Shown one piece after another: positions 12,770 through 24,900 of a DNA stretch of 64,000 nucleotides. A program made the translations under genes and the position numbers. Within the stretch, counting starts at the first letter, position 1, and every line of letters begins with the position of its first letter. This stretch comes from Octopus sinensis (Eukaryota): the NCBI RefSeq assembly GCF_006345805.1, contig NC_043009.1:57412001-57476000 (forward strand). The letters are read 5' to 3'. The notes below the pieces were generated by a model, which saw nothing but the letters and a program-made list of their open reading frames with translations, had not been told where the DNA came from and searched no databases.

Positions 12770-13530
12770 TGAGCATATTTTTACCGTTTCACTCACAGAT
12801 TGCACTTGTAATATACGAATTAGCCGGTCGATTTCTCTTTCTGAAAATCCCAGTTTATTCATTTTCTCCTTTAAGCATTTACTAACAAAACCTAGCGCTC
12901 CAATTATTATTGGTATGAATATGATTTCATAGTCTGGATATAGAAGCTGAAGGTTTCGAAGCAGTTGTCCGTAGATATCCTCTTTTCCTTTGATTTTCAA
13001 AGAGATATTTATATTTGCAGGGCAGTTGACCTCTATGATGTCTCTTGTCCCAAACAACAGTATCTGGCCTGTTGTTTACATTTGACTGAAGTTTTGATGA
13101 GAATATTCCACCAGTATTCCTTGAGTTGGTGTTTATGAATGTTTTCCATAAGAGATGGATTTTCTAAGCTTATTTCAGGACAGTCTTTCTTGCGGATGGC
13201 ACTGTAAATTGTTTTAGCAAGAACATCGTGCCGCACAGGGAGGTAGTACTGTGACAATGTTTTAGGACAGCTGCTAATCACATGCGTAATGTCTTCCACA
13301 GAAACATGACCTAGCCTACATATGCAGTTGTACCTTGGGATTACAAGCGTGTCACTGTCTCTCTTGTTCAAGAGGTGCTTTGTGGAAATCTCCTGGTCCT
13401 GGATTGCAAACTCATAGCCTTCAAAGTGTGATGTGATATGGTGGTCTTGTGTCTAAGAGAGGCTGCGCTTCGTATCAATACTACTGTCTTCTTCAAGCTT
13501 CCGGGCAACATACCCATGCATAGTCTTTTC
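12770..13530 (-). pseudogene. R4/Dong-type (RLE) LINE C-terminal relic
   Basis: CRLGHVSVEDITHVISSCPK...YLPVRHD (CCHC knuckle), NNRPDTVVWD (PD..D nuclease, frameshifted), IPIIIGALG. Confidence 0.85.
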
Positions 13531-13949
13531 TTTTAATTGTGTATGTATTTTATATATTGTATACACGCATATTAGTATATATGTATATAAGTGTGTATTC
13601 TGTGTATGCATGTATGTATGTATTTTATATATGCATGTATGTATATATGTATGTTTTTCATGTATGTATGCATGTATTTATGTATGCATGTATGTATCTA
13701 TTAATTGCTAGCAAGAACATTCTATTTCGTTTTGCAACCACAATATACTTTCAAATAAATGAAAGATTTACAAGTCAATATTTTGTCTTACTTCTGACCC
13801 ATTCATTAAGTTTCTTTCTGTCAACTTTTTTAAACCCCGTAATAAAGCTCTGTTCATCAGAGGTCCAAATATCAATGACTTCATTGAAAATAGATATCTG
13901 TTCCTCATTATTATTATTATTATTATCATTATTATTATTATTATTAGCA

Positions 13950-14100
13950 GAATCGTTAGCATGCTGGTCGAAATGCTTAGCGGCATTTACGTTCAGAGTT
14001 CAAATTCCGTCGAGGTCGACTTTACCCTTCATCTTCTCGGGGGTCGATAAAATAAGTACTAGAGTACTAGTCAAGTCCAAGGGGTTGATGTAATCAACTT
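13950..14100 (+). mobile_element. SINE family B fragment
   Basis: gagttcaaattccgtcgaggtcgactttacccttcatc...ggggtcgataaaataagtac. Confidence 0.8.
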
Positions 14101-14226
14101 CCCCGTCCATTCAAAAATCTTTCATTGGCTAGACGAGTGGTTCACGACCTGGGTCAATATGACCCTCATAAGATTTTGTTTTCAAAATTTATGTACAATA
14201 AATTGGTTTTACTTCTACAATACACA

Positions 14227-14630
14227 AGGCGCAGGCGTGGTTGCTTTCGCACCACATGGTTCCGGGTTCAGTCCCACTGCGTGGTACCTTGGGCAAGTGT
14301 CTTCTACTATAGCCTTGGGCCGACCAAAGTGAGTGGATTTGGTAGACAGAAACTGAAAGAAGCCCGTTGTATATATATTTATATATGTATATATCTATGT
14401 GTGTGTTTTTGTCCCCCTCTGTGTTTGTCCCCCTCCCATCACCGCTTGACAATCGGTGTTGGTGTGTTTATGTCCCAGTAACCTATCGGTTCAGCAAAAG
14501 AGACTGATAGAATGAGTACTAAGCTTTAAATAAAACCTGGGGTCAACTACCCCTCCCCACCCACCAAGGCGGTGCTCTAGCTTGGCCGCAGTCAAATGAC
14601 TGAAACAAGTAAAAGAATAAAAGAATAAAA
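14227..14630 (+). mobile_element. SINE family A
   Basis: Matches family A head, body and tail. Confidence 0.88.
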
Positions 14631-14774
14631 TATTTTAATGTGTCTGGGGAGAGTAATTCTCTTTTAGTGCCTCATTATTTAAATCACTCACCGGTTCGAT
14701 TTCCACTTACTTTTTCTAATGATTATTGAAAAGGTCGCAAGACGCAACGAAAATTTTAGAAAAAATAAATACAT

Positions 14775-14976
14775 AGGCGTAGAAGTGGCTGTGTGGTAAG
14801 TAGCTTGCTTACGAACCACATGGTTCCGGGTTCAGTCCCACTGCGTGGCACCTCGGGCAATGTCTTCTACTATAGCCTCGGGCCGACCAAAGCCTTGTGA
14901 GTGGATTTAGTTGACCGAAACTGAAAGAAGCCTGTCGTATATATGTATATATGTGTTTGTGTGTGTGTGTGTGTGC

Positions 14977-15029
<53 letters not shown>

Positions 15030-15247
15030 TGTGTGTGCATGTTTGCGTATCTATGTTTGTTCCCCCAACATCGCTTGACAACCGACGCTGGTGTGTTTAC
15101 GTCTCCGTAACTTAGCGGCTCGGCAAAAGAGACCGACAGAATAAGTACTAGGCTTACAAAGAATAAGTCCTGGGGTCAATTTGCTCGACTAAAAAGGCGG
15201 TGCTCCAGCATGGTCACAGTCAAATGACTGAAACAAGTAAAAGAGTA
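14775..15247 (+). mobile_element. SINE family A with long internal (TG)n
   Basis: Matches family A. Confidence 0.9.
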
Positions 15248-15447
15248 AGTAAATGAGTGGAAATCGGACCGGTGTGTGTGTGTTAAGTAATAATACTCTA
15301 AAAGAGAATGACTCTCCCCAGACAAATAAAATATGTTTCATCACACGAATTCACATAAAGAATCTTACAAATTAAATACAAAAACGAAGTAAAATATTTC
15401 AAGTTTTCATTATACAATTCTTAATAATCTTTAATCATAAGAATACT

Positions 15448-15685
15448 ATAGGATTATTTACATTATTTACATTTGACGGATATTTGTCCTCATCTTGTTT
15501 ATTGTTAAAACAATGTTTCCCCTGATATACTCTCCAGCCTTCATCAGGTGTCCTGGGGAAATTTCGAACCTGGGTTCTCATTCCTAAGGTATTTTTCCGA
15601 TGTTATTATTATTCAGGTAATTACCTGGAATCGAACTCGGAATCTTGGGGTTAGTAGATCGGGCTCTTAACCATTACGCCATATG
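15448..15685 (-). mobile_element. tRNA-headed element carrying a decayed hammerhead motif (copy 1)
   Basis: Head GCATATGGCGTAATGGTTAAG...GAGTTCGATTCC; HHR-like GACAC-CTGATGA-A-GGCTG...CAGGG-GAAAC at 15507-15552; same family as 20665-20961. Confidence 0.75.
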
Positions 15686-15787
15686 CCGAAACGTTGTGTT
15701 AACAACAAACAAGATGAGAACAAATATCTGTCAAATGTAAGTAATATAAATAATGTACATAATCCCCCATCTCTCAAATATAGAACT
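15686..15787 (+). mobile_element. Inverted duplicate of that element's 3' tail
   Basis: CCGAAACGTTGTGTTAACAACAAACAAGATGAG...TAGAACT, head-to-head with copy 1. Confidence 0.8.
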
Positions 15788-16005
15788 ATCGTGGCACTCC
15801 GTCGGTTACGACGACTAGGGTTCCAGTTGAACCGATCAACGGAACAGACTGTTCGTGAACTTAACGTGCAAGTGGCTGAGCACTCCACAGACACGTGTAC
15901 CCTTATTGTAGTTCTCGGGGAGATTCAGCGTGACACATTGTGTGAAAAGGCTGGCACTTTGAAATACAGGTACAACAGAAACAGGAAGAAAGAGAGAAAG
16001 TTGTG
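15788..16005 (-). mobile_element. SINE family C/D 3' body fragment
   Basis: gcactccgtcggttacgacgac...gtacccttattgtagttctcggggagattcagcgtgacac. Confidence 0.85.
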
Positions 16006-16040
16006 GTGAAAGAGTACAGCATATATGTTGTGTGTGTGTA

Positions 16041-16099
<59 letters not shown>

Positions 16100-16105
<6 letters not shown>

Positions 16106-16267
16106 CGGGTTTCTTTTAGTTTCCGTCTACCAAATCCACTCACAAGGCTTTGCTCGGCTCGAGGCTATAGTAGAAGACACTTGTCCAAGGTGCTGCGCAG
16201 CAGGACCGAACCCAGAACCATGTAGTCGGAAAGCAAATTTCTTACCACACGTCCACGCCTGCGCCTA
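16100..16267 (-). mobile_element. SINE family A, 5' half
   Basis: Reverse complement of the family A head, ending at a (TA)n tract. Confidence 0.8.
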
Positions 16268-16281
16268 TACAATGAACAGAT

Positions 16282-16352
16282 GATTCGGGCGGGAGTCGAA
16301 CCTGAATCGACCGCTTGGCAGGTAACCATGTTAACAATTACACCACCGACGC
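16282..16352 (-). pseudogene. tRNA-Gly-like pseudogene
   Basis: GCGTCGGTGGTGTAATTGTTAACATGGTTACCTGCCAAGCGGTCGATTCAGGTTCGACTCCCGCCCGAATC aligns with eukaryotic tRNA-Gly (GCGTTGGTGGTATAGTGGT...CCTTCCAAGCAGTTGACCCGGGTTCGATTCCCGGCCAACGC); acceptor stem and A box are broken. Confidence 0.6.
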
Positions 16353-17369
16353 CTCACACATAGTTTAAGTAAGTTTGTGCGGAGTTGTTCTATTTTATTC
16401 TTCGCAGTTTGCCAATTTGTACCTAACGCCTAGTATTTTTGTGTTCCGTGTGCGCGGCATATCTATGTTATTGGCTATGATTGACAGGGGAGGACCCAAA
16501 GGGGTGGTTGTGCTGAGGGGCACGTACCACCTCCTCCTCAAGAAAAGAAATGCTCACTTCTAAATAATGTTATCATGCCCTTTTCTCCTGGAATTGTATT
16601 CCCTTCTGACATTGTGTCCGCCCTTCGAAAAATTCCCGAGACCGCGCCCGACTGACTCTTGTATTTGATGCTCCATGTCACTGCTTCCCAATCACTCCCC
16701 TCCCCCTATGAACCCCTTTGGTTCCTATTTTATTCGGGTGGATCCTTATAACCTTTCCTAGTATTAAAATTCCTATTGTATTTTTATAGTTGAATATTTT
16801 TAGGAATTGTATCGTTGCTATTATGCAAAAGTGTCGTAAATCCAAAACGTTGCTTTGTCAGAAAACAAAAGAAAAAAATAGTTTCACCATTCCATTTCAT
16901 TTTATATTAGCAACAGTTTCAGCTTAACAATAATACTTTGTTGGGTGCATAAAATCGTAACTCCATGCATGTACGATATTTCCAGTCAGAAATAGTTTTG
17001 CAAAACTGTCGTATGTGGGACTTACTATATTTTTCAAAATGCTAAACTGTTCTGCTACACTTTGACAATTTTTCATATCTTGGCATCTGAAACAGCTTGA
17101 GATACGATAGTTCGACCAAAAGAACCTGTGATTGCAAACAAAATTAAATATTGAAAAAGAAAACGCATTTGGCCAAATTTGGACATACCACAGTTTAACA
17201 TAATAGCAATGGTATAAAGAAATTGTTAAAATGTTTTGTGTACTGTAAACGTATAAACAACTTATATATCAGCAACAGAATCTTATATGCATCCCTAAGG
17301 GTCATTATGGAATCCGGTTGACAATACCCGCTGTGCACTGTTGTTGCTATTTGTTTGTTGAGCGAAGCG

Positions 17370-17740
17370 GTCTTCGTCCCAGAGCTCGCAAGATCGCGCC
17401 TCTGTAGTGGGAGAAGTCCGAAACGTGGTCTTTGCTATTCGTAAGACCCGCAGAAGAGAAAGCAGGTCAACCCCGACATCGAGAGCATCGACGGATGGAT
17501 GAATGCGCATCCAGGCTCAGCGGTTGCGTAGGAAGTCGGGGACAAGAAACAGGAAGAAAGAGTGAGAGAAAGTTGGAGCGAAAGAGTACAACAAGGGTCG
17601 CCACCACCTCCTGGCGGAGCCCTTTGGAGCTTTAAGTGTTTTCGCTCAATAAACACACACAACGCCTGGTCCGGGAATCGAAACCGCGATCCTCCGACCG
17701 CGAGTCCGCTGCCCTAACCACTGGGCCATTGCACCTCCAC
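17370..17740 (-). mobile_element. SINE family C head with an alternative 3' tail
   Basis: Head GTGGAGGTGCAATGGCCCAGTGGTTAGGGCAGCGGACTCGCGG...GTTTCGATTCCC; tail differs from the 41699 copy. Confidence 0.8.
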
Positions 17741-18059
17741 TGTTGTTGCTATGAAGAGGTACTGTGGATTTGGTAGGTATTACTTTAAGCCTGTTTTTGT
17801 GGAGCTTAGCTTTCAGGACGATTTAAAAAGTATTTAAGCAATTGTGCAGCTGTAACTGGAGAAGAACGGAGGGATTGTGTGTGTATGTGCGAGAGTGTGT
17901 GTGCGCGCGCACGTGCATGTGTGTATGCGTGTATGTGTGTGTGTGTGTGTAAGGTCATCTGCCTATAAAGCAGTCTGTATGTTTTGTGATGTACGAATAT
18001 CGCGTAATTATGTAGATGAAAAGCGTAGGTGAAAGGAAAAATAACTATTTTATTCTTTG

Positions 18060-18260
18060 AAAGCGGCGAACTGGCTGAATCGTTAGCACGCCGGGCAAAA
18101 TGCTTAGTGGCGTTTCTTACGTCTTTACGTTCTGAGTTCAAATTCCGCTGAGGCCGACTTTGCCCTTCATCCTTTCAGGGTCGTAAATTAAGTACCAGTG
18201 AAACACTGGAGTCGACGTAATCGGCTTACCCACTGAGCCGAATTTGCTGGCCCCGTGCCA
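18060..18260 (+). mobile_element. SINE family B
   Basis: aaagcggcgaactggctgaatcgttagcacgccgggc...gagttcaaattccgc. Confidence 0.85.
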
Positions 18261-18739
18261 AAATTTTGAAATCATCCTTTGAAGGCAGCAAATTGACGGA
18301 ATCGTTCGATCGCCGGGCAATCTGTTCAAAAAGTTGCGTTTTGGAAGTGTTACTCTTGTACACTTCCATAGGCTTGACGATCTAACAGCTAGTTTGTCAG
18401 GTCACAATTATCTTAAGGAGGAGTTGAACATTTTTCTTTGTAGTTTCGTGAGAAGTGGAGTTTCTGGCTTTGCTGATGTGAATGGCTTTTAGAACGGTGC
18501 GGGTCGGAATTTATTTTTGGTAGTGTGTAAGTCAGTACTGTGCATGGAGATGTGACAAAAAAATGGTGCAGGTAAAGGTTAGAAACAGCGAGTGAGGAGA
18601 ACCTTCTACACGATTACTCAATCTACAAGAAATTGCAGCTAAATCTTCCTTAAATGCTATCCTGCCGTTTTCAAAGAAATTGTTAATGGTAAATAAACTA
18701 ATATTGGTTTCATAATTTTGCTACAAAGCAAGCAAGTTC

Positions 18740-19900
18740 GGGGGTGTTACTTATTTCATCGACCCCGAAAAGATGAAAGGCAAAGTCAGCCGGAGCGGAA
18801 TTTGAACTCAGAATGTAGCGGCAGACGAAGTACCTATTTCTTTACTACCCACACGGGGCTAAAAACAGAGGGGACAAACAAGGACAGACACACGGATTAA
18901 GTCGATTACATCGACCCCAGTGCGTAACTGGTACTTAATTTATCGACCCCGAATGGATGAAAGGCAAACTCGATCTCGGCGGAATTTGAACTCAGAACGT
19001 AAAGACAGACGAAATACTGGTAAGCATTTCGCTCGGCGTGCTAACGATTCTGCCAGCTCGCCGCCCTTTAAAGACAGACGAAATACCTATTTCTTTACTA
19101 CCCACAAGGGGCTAAACACAGAGGAGACAAACAAGGACAGACAGACGGATTAAGTCGATTATATCGACCCCAGTGCGTATCTAGTACTTATTTAATCGAC
19201 CCCGTAAGGATGAAAGGTAAAGTCGACCTCGGTGGAATTTGAACTCAGAACGTATTTGCAGACGAAATACTGCTAAGCATTTCGCCCAGCGTGCTAAAGT
19301 TTCTTATTTCTTTATTGCCCACAAGGGGCTAAACATAGAGGGGACAAACAAGGACATACAAAGGGATTAAGTCAATTACATCGACCCCAGCACGTAACTG
19401 GCACTTAATTTATCGATCCCGAAAGGATGAAAGGCAAAGTCAGCCTGGGCGGAATTTGAACTTAGAACGCAAAAACAGACGAAATACCACTAAGCATTCT
19501 GCCTTACGTGCTAACGATTCTGCCAGCTCGCTACCTGCAAGGGATAAATATTGCTTTCAAATTTTAGCACAATGCCAGCAGGTCCGGGCTAGGGGACCTC
19601 AGTATTCAAGAGGTACTTATTTTATCGACCCCGAATGATGAAAGGCTAAGTCGACCTCGGCGGAATTTGAACTTAGAACATAAAGACTGACGAAATGCTG
19701 CTAAACATTTTGCCCGGCGATCTAACGATTCTGTCAGGACAAAATGCTTAGCAGTATTTCTTCCGACTTTTTACGTGTTGGGTGTTCAAATCCTGCCTAG
19801 GTCCACTTTGCCTTTCATACTTTCAGAATAGATGAAATGAAGTACAAGTCAAGAACTAGGATTACTGTAATCGACCAGTCTTCCTACTTCGAAAATTACT
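18740..19900 (-). mobile_element. Cluster of tandem, diverged SINE family B units
   Basis: At least five units of atcgaccccgaaaggatgaaaggcaaagtcgacctcggcggaatttgaactcagaacg; last piece is in the opposite orientation. Confidence 0.85.
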
Positions 19901-19992
19901 GGTTTTGTACCCTGCAATGAACCGGCGTCCCGTCTAGAAAGAATGGTGTGATGTCAGTGACTTTACGCAATGAAAACCGATGCAGCTAGGCC

Positions 19993-20398
19993 CCAGTGAC
20001 GTCGCAACTCATTTCTATAGCTGAGTGAATTGAAGCAACGTGAAGTAGTATGGTTGCTCAAGAACACAACGACCAGCCCGGTCCGGGAATCGATCTCACT
20101 ATCTCATGATTTTGAGCCCGACGCTCAAACCACTGAGCCATGGTATGGAGTAGTGATGTCTATTATAATATATGAGGGGATGCAGAAAGTTCTTAGATTT
20201 GGGTAAAAGAGAATACAGGAGAATCAGTTAATTATGATATAGGGTTGTCCGGAAAGTTCGTGCTGATTCATAGTAGGTTACCTTTCGACTTACCCTCCCA
20301 GGCACCTCAATTCTGGGAAGAGGGTATTTTCAAGTTATAGGAAAGATGGAGACGCATTGTGCAACAAAATTTGGTTGATTAAAAATGTAATGGCAAGT
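19993..20398. repeat. Composite segment (SINE E head + mariner ends) duplicated at 21264-21678
   Basis: Same junctions and order in both copies; 1271-bp offset. Confidence 0.9.
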
Positions 20399-20664
20399 TA
20401 TGATTTCTGAGGCTGAAGGAAAAAAAAAACATATCTAACTGAATGGAGTGTGGTTGTTATGGAATAAAAAAGTTAAAAAGACCCTTCGGTCTTGAATGAC
20501 CATATGATTGCATCTAGAAAGCTCCCCTCCGAAACACAAGTCCGGGCAAGGTTAAAAAAACTGCCATTAAAAAATTGGTTATCTCCTCACTAAAAAAATG
20601 AGTTAACGTGGCGACAAGAGATTGGATTAAAGGAGTTAGATCCTTTTGATTCCTTCAACACATT

Positions 20665-20961
20665 ACAGTTCTATATTTAAGAGATGAGGAATTATGTACA
20701 TTATTTACATTTGACGGATATTTGTCTTCATCTTGTTTGTTGTTAACACAACGTTTCGGCTGATACACCCTCCATCATTCATCAGGTGTCTTGGGGAAAC
20801 TTCGAACCTGGGTTCTCATTCCTAAGGTATTTTTCGATGTTGTTGTTGTTGTTGTTGTTGTCATTTTTATAATCATCATTCTTGTTATTCAGATCACTGC
20901 TCGGAATCGAACTCGGAATCTTGGGTTTTGTAGCACGCGCTTTCAACCACTACGCCATATG
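20665..20961 (-). mobile_element. tRNA-headed element carrying a hammerhead motif (copy 2)
   Basis: A box TGGCGTAGTGG, B box GAGTTCGATTC, (AAC)n, then GACAC-CTGATGA-A-TGATG(10 nt)CAGCC-GAAAC-GTT-GTGTT at 20745-20790, tail ending AAATATAGAACTGT. Confidence 0.8.
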
Positions 20962-21508
20962 TTTGGCCTCCTCAATAGGCATTGAATGATTTCTTATAAA
21001 AATGTTATTAGCTTCAGCAAGATGTTTAATCTTTTTCTGTTTTCATGTTTATTTATTCTTAAAGTTTTCATGTTCATTAATCTTTTAGTTTTCATGTTTA
21101 CCAATACTTCCCGTAAAACGGGTGGGGGGGGGGGATACCCCAATTTTTAATGGGGGTGAGATAACCAAATGGTACCAGCTATTAATGGAAGACTAGCAGT
21201 CTTCTCTCACCACACCACTGATGTTATCCAGGGGAAAGGCAAAGGGGCCGATACAGCTTGGCACCAGTGACGTCGCAACTCATTTCTACAGCTGAGTGAA
21301 CTTAAGCAACGTGAAGTAGTGTGGTTGCTCAAGAACACAGCGACCAGCCCGGTCCGAGAATCGATCTCACTATTTCATGATTGTGAGCCCGACGCTCTAA
21401 CCACTGAGCCATGGTATGGAGTAGTGATGTCTATTATAATATACGAGGGGGCGCAGAAAGTTCCCGGATTTGGGTAAAAGAGAATACAGGAGAATCAGTT
21501 AATTATGA

Positions 21509-21680
21509 TATAGGGTTGTCCGGAAAGTTCGTGCCGATTTATAGTAGGTTACCTTTCGACTTACCCTCCCAGGCACCTCAATTCTGGGAAGAGGGTATTT
21601 TCAAGTTAAAGGAAAGATGGAGACGTATTGTGCAACAAAATGGTTCATATTTGGTTGATTAGAAATGTAATCGCAAGTAT
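21509..21680 (+). mobile_element. Internally deleted mariner derivative
   Basis: TIR-like TATAGGGTTGTCCGGAAAGTTCGTGCCGATTT joined to mariner C-terminus FWEEGIFKLKERWRRIVQQNGSYLVD*. Confidence 0.75.
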
Positions 21681-22329
21681 TTATTGACCTTTTTCTTTCC
21701 TTTAAAAATCAGCACAGATTCACAAACTTATTGCAGCGAACCTTAAGTTTTTCTTAGCCCAGTAAAAGACCTCGGAAGGTTGGGCCTCCAACCAAGCCTT
21801 TCGCGACGCCCTTAAAGCTAGGGACCTTTCAGCACTCCCTCATACAGTAATCAAATATAACGCAGTGAAGTTTAGTGCTGTGTGGTACGGCCTAATGTAC
21901 TGTGACACAGACCAGTGTTATACAATATATTGTTGTGTAGTGTAGAGTTGTGATGTGCCAAGGTGGTGCTCCAGCATGGTCGCAAGCCACTGAAACAAGT
22001 AAAAGGTAAAAGGTAAACGGTAAAAGGTAACTTGCCACTCGTTAATTATTATTCCATTATTCCAGTCTTCTAGTATTCTAAGGGTCCGGTATTCCAATAT
22101 TTTTATATTGACCAATATTTTAAAATTGTATTAGTTTCCCTAAAGAAAAGAAAAGAAGGTTGTGTCCTTCCCTCTGGCGCAAAGTAAGGGCAATGTCACA
22201 TTGTCATGGCTATTGCTGCTGTTGTTGTTGTTGTTGTGAAATTGCACACCTCGGTACATGTGTACTGACATCAACAATCGACTTATATGTCACCCTACCA
22301 GAGATGAGGGCACGTTGAACTCTACATAT

Positions 22330-22760
22330 CCTGTCTTCACACGCATATATGCACACTCACTCACTCACACACACAAACACATACACGAATAATCTCTCTC
22401 TCTCTCCCCTCTCGCCCCACCTCACACATGAACACTCTCTATCGCACACACACACACACACACACACATAAAAGCATTCAAATAAATAGTGTGTAAATAT
22501 ACGTACACATTCACACATTCTTTCTCTTACTCATAATCACTTATTCACACACACACACACATATACGCGTGTGTGTGTGTTTTTGTGCGTGCATATATAC
22601 TTATACATACACACGGATCTATCTATCTATCTATCTATCTTTATGTATTCGCTTGCACACACACATAAACACATAAATACATATACACAGTTATACATTC
22701 ACACAAACATGCTATATACCTATGGTCATTTATATATGCACATACACATCCAGGCAGTTG

Positions 22761-22798
<38 letters not shown>

Positions 22799-23330
22799 TT
22801 TCTCTACCCTCCCCCAGACACTCTTAAACACGCAGACACACACATACACACACATACACACACATACACACACATACACACACGCACACATAGAAAGTGA
22901 TACATATACATTTTCACACACTCTCACATACATTCATACATACATCCACACACGCATTCATACACATGTATACTCACACACGCACACACACTCTCTCTCA
23001 TTTACACACACACTCACACACACACGCATATATTCACACACACACACACATACACACACATACACACACATACTCACACACACACACACACACACACCTC
23101 ACACACACACACACTCTCTCTCACACACACATGCTCTCTCTCTCTCTCACACACACGCATATATTCACACACTCAAACATGCACACACATACACAAGATC
23201 ACACATTCACACATCCACACACACACGCACCTATACATATTAACACACTCAAATATTCACATATATTCACACACACACACACACGATTACACACTCACAC
23301 ACACACGCACACACATACATATATTCACGT
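22330..23330. repeat. Cryptic (CA)n-rich array, ~1 kb
   Basis: Directly visible. Confidence 0.95.
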
Positions 23331-23399
23331 ACGCACAACCGACATTATATGCGGGTCAGGGACAAACCTAGCATACGTGTACTAACAGAAGCTCTGACC

Positions 23400-23523
23400 T
23401 GATGTTCTTGTTGTTGTTATTAGTTGTGGTAATATTGGTGGAGGTGGTGGTGGTAGTGGTGGTGGTATCTGCGTTCGTAGTGGTAGCAGTGAAGATGGAG
23501 GCGGTAGTGTTCGTGGTGGTAGG

Positions 23524-23564
<41 letters not shown>

Positions 23565-24110
23565 TGGATGATTTTAAAGGGTGGTGGTGATGGTGGTGGT
23601 GTTGGTGTTGCAAAAGGTAGTGGTGGTAGGAGTAAGGATGGTTGTAGTAACGTTGGTATGCGTGGTGGTAGTGGCGATATTAGCGTTGTTGTTGTTATTG
23701 TTGTTGTTGGTGGTGTTGGTCGTTGTAATGGTCGTGTTAGTGGCGTTGGTGTCGGTTTTAGTAGTGGCTGTGGTGGTGGTAGTCGTCGTGGTCGTGGTTG
23801 TGGTGATGGCGGTGGTAGTGGTGGTGGTCGTAGTGATGTTGGCTGTGGTGCTGGAGGTAGTGTTGGTCGTAATGGTCTTGTTAGTGGTATTGGCGTCAGC
23901 TTTTCGTATAGGTGGTAGTGGTAGTGGTGGTAATTGTGGTGGTAGCGCGAGTAAAGCTGGTAGTAGTAACATTAGTATCGGTATTGGTTGTGGTTTGGGT
24001 GATAGTATTAATGATGTAGTTGTTGGTGGTGGTCTTGAGTTTGGTATAAGTGGTAGTGGCGGTGGTAGTACTTATGCTGGTGGTGTTTTAGTGGCAGCGA
24101 TGGCGGAGGT
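23400..24110. repeat. (GGT/GAT/GTT)n degenerate trinucleotide array
   Basis: Directly visible. Confidence 0.95.
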
Positions 24111-24275
24111 GGTTGGGATATTAATTACAAATCTTGGCACAAGAGCAGCAATTCCAGGAGAGGGTTAAGTCAAATATATCAACCCCAGTGCTCAACTGGT
24201 TTTTGTTTTTATCGATCTCGAAAGAATGAAAGACAGAGTGAACCTAGGCGGAATTTGAACTCAGAGCGTAAAGGA

Positions 24276-24593
24276 GCACTCCGTCGGTTACGACGACGAG
24301 GGTCCCAGCTGATACAATCAATGGAACAGCTTGCTCGTGAAACTAACGTGCAAGTGACTGAGCAACCCACAGACATGTTCACCCCTAACGTAATTCTCAG
24401 GGAGACAGCGTGACACAGAGCGTGGCAAGGCCGGTCCTTTGAAATACAGGTACAGCTCATTTTTGCCAGCTGAGTGGACTGGAGCTATGTAAAATAAAGT
24501 GTCTTGCTCAAGGACACGACGCGTCGCTGGGAATCGAACTCACGACCTTACAATCTTGAGCTGAATGCCCTAACCACTAAGTCACGCGCCTTC
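24276..24593 (-). mobile_element. SINE family D (tRNA head + CORE-like block + C/D tail)
   Basis: Reverse complement of 28474-28795. Confidence 0.85.
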
Positions 24594-24639
24594 ACAATAA
24601 CAACAAGGACGACAGCCACTAAGCCACGCGCCTTCTCAG

Positions 24640-24900
24640 AGCGTAGAGACGGACGAAATGCCGTCAAGCATTTTATCCGGCGTGCGAACGATTTTCCCAC
24701 CTCGTCGCCTTAGAGGTGCTGGTTGAGATATTCTTTTCTATTCTAGGCACAAGGCCCGAAATTAAATCGATCCCAGTACGCAACTGGTACTTATTTTATC
24801 GACCTCGAAAGGATGAAAGGCAAAGTCGACATCGGCGGAATTCGAACTCAGAACGTAAAGACAGACGAAATACTGCTAACGATTCTGCCAGCTCGCCGGC
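24640..24900 (-). mobile_element. SINE family B fragments
   Basis: Family B motifs. Confidence 0.8.

Noticed and set aside
23523-24168. Gly/Val/Thr-rich ORFs (also 50346-50840, 60825-61052)
   Set aside because: Degenerate trinucleotide arrays open in several frames; no splice or domain evidence.
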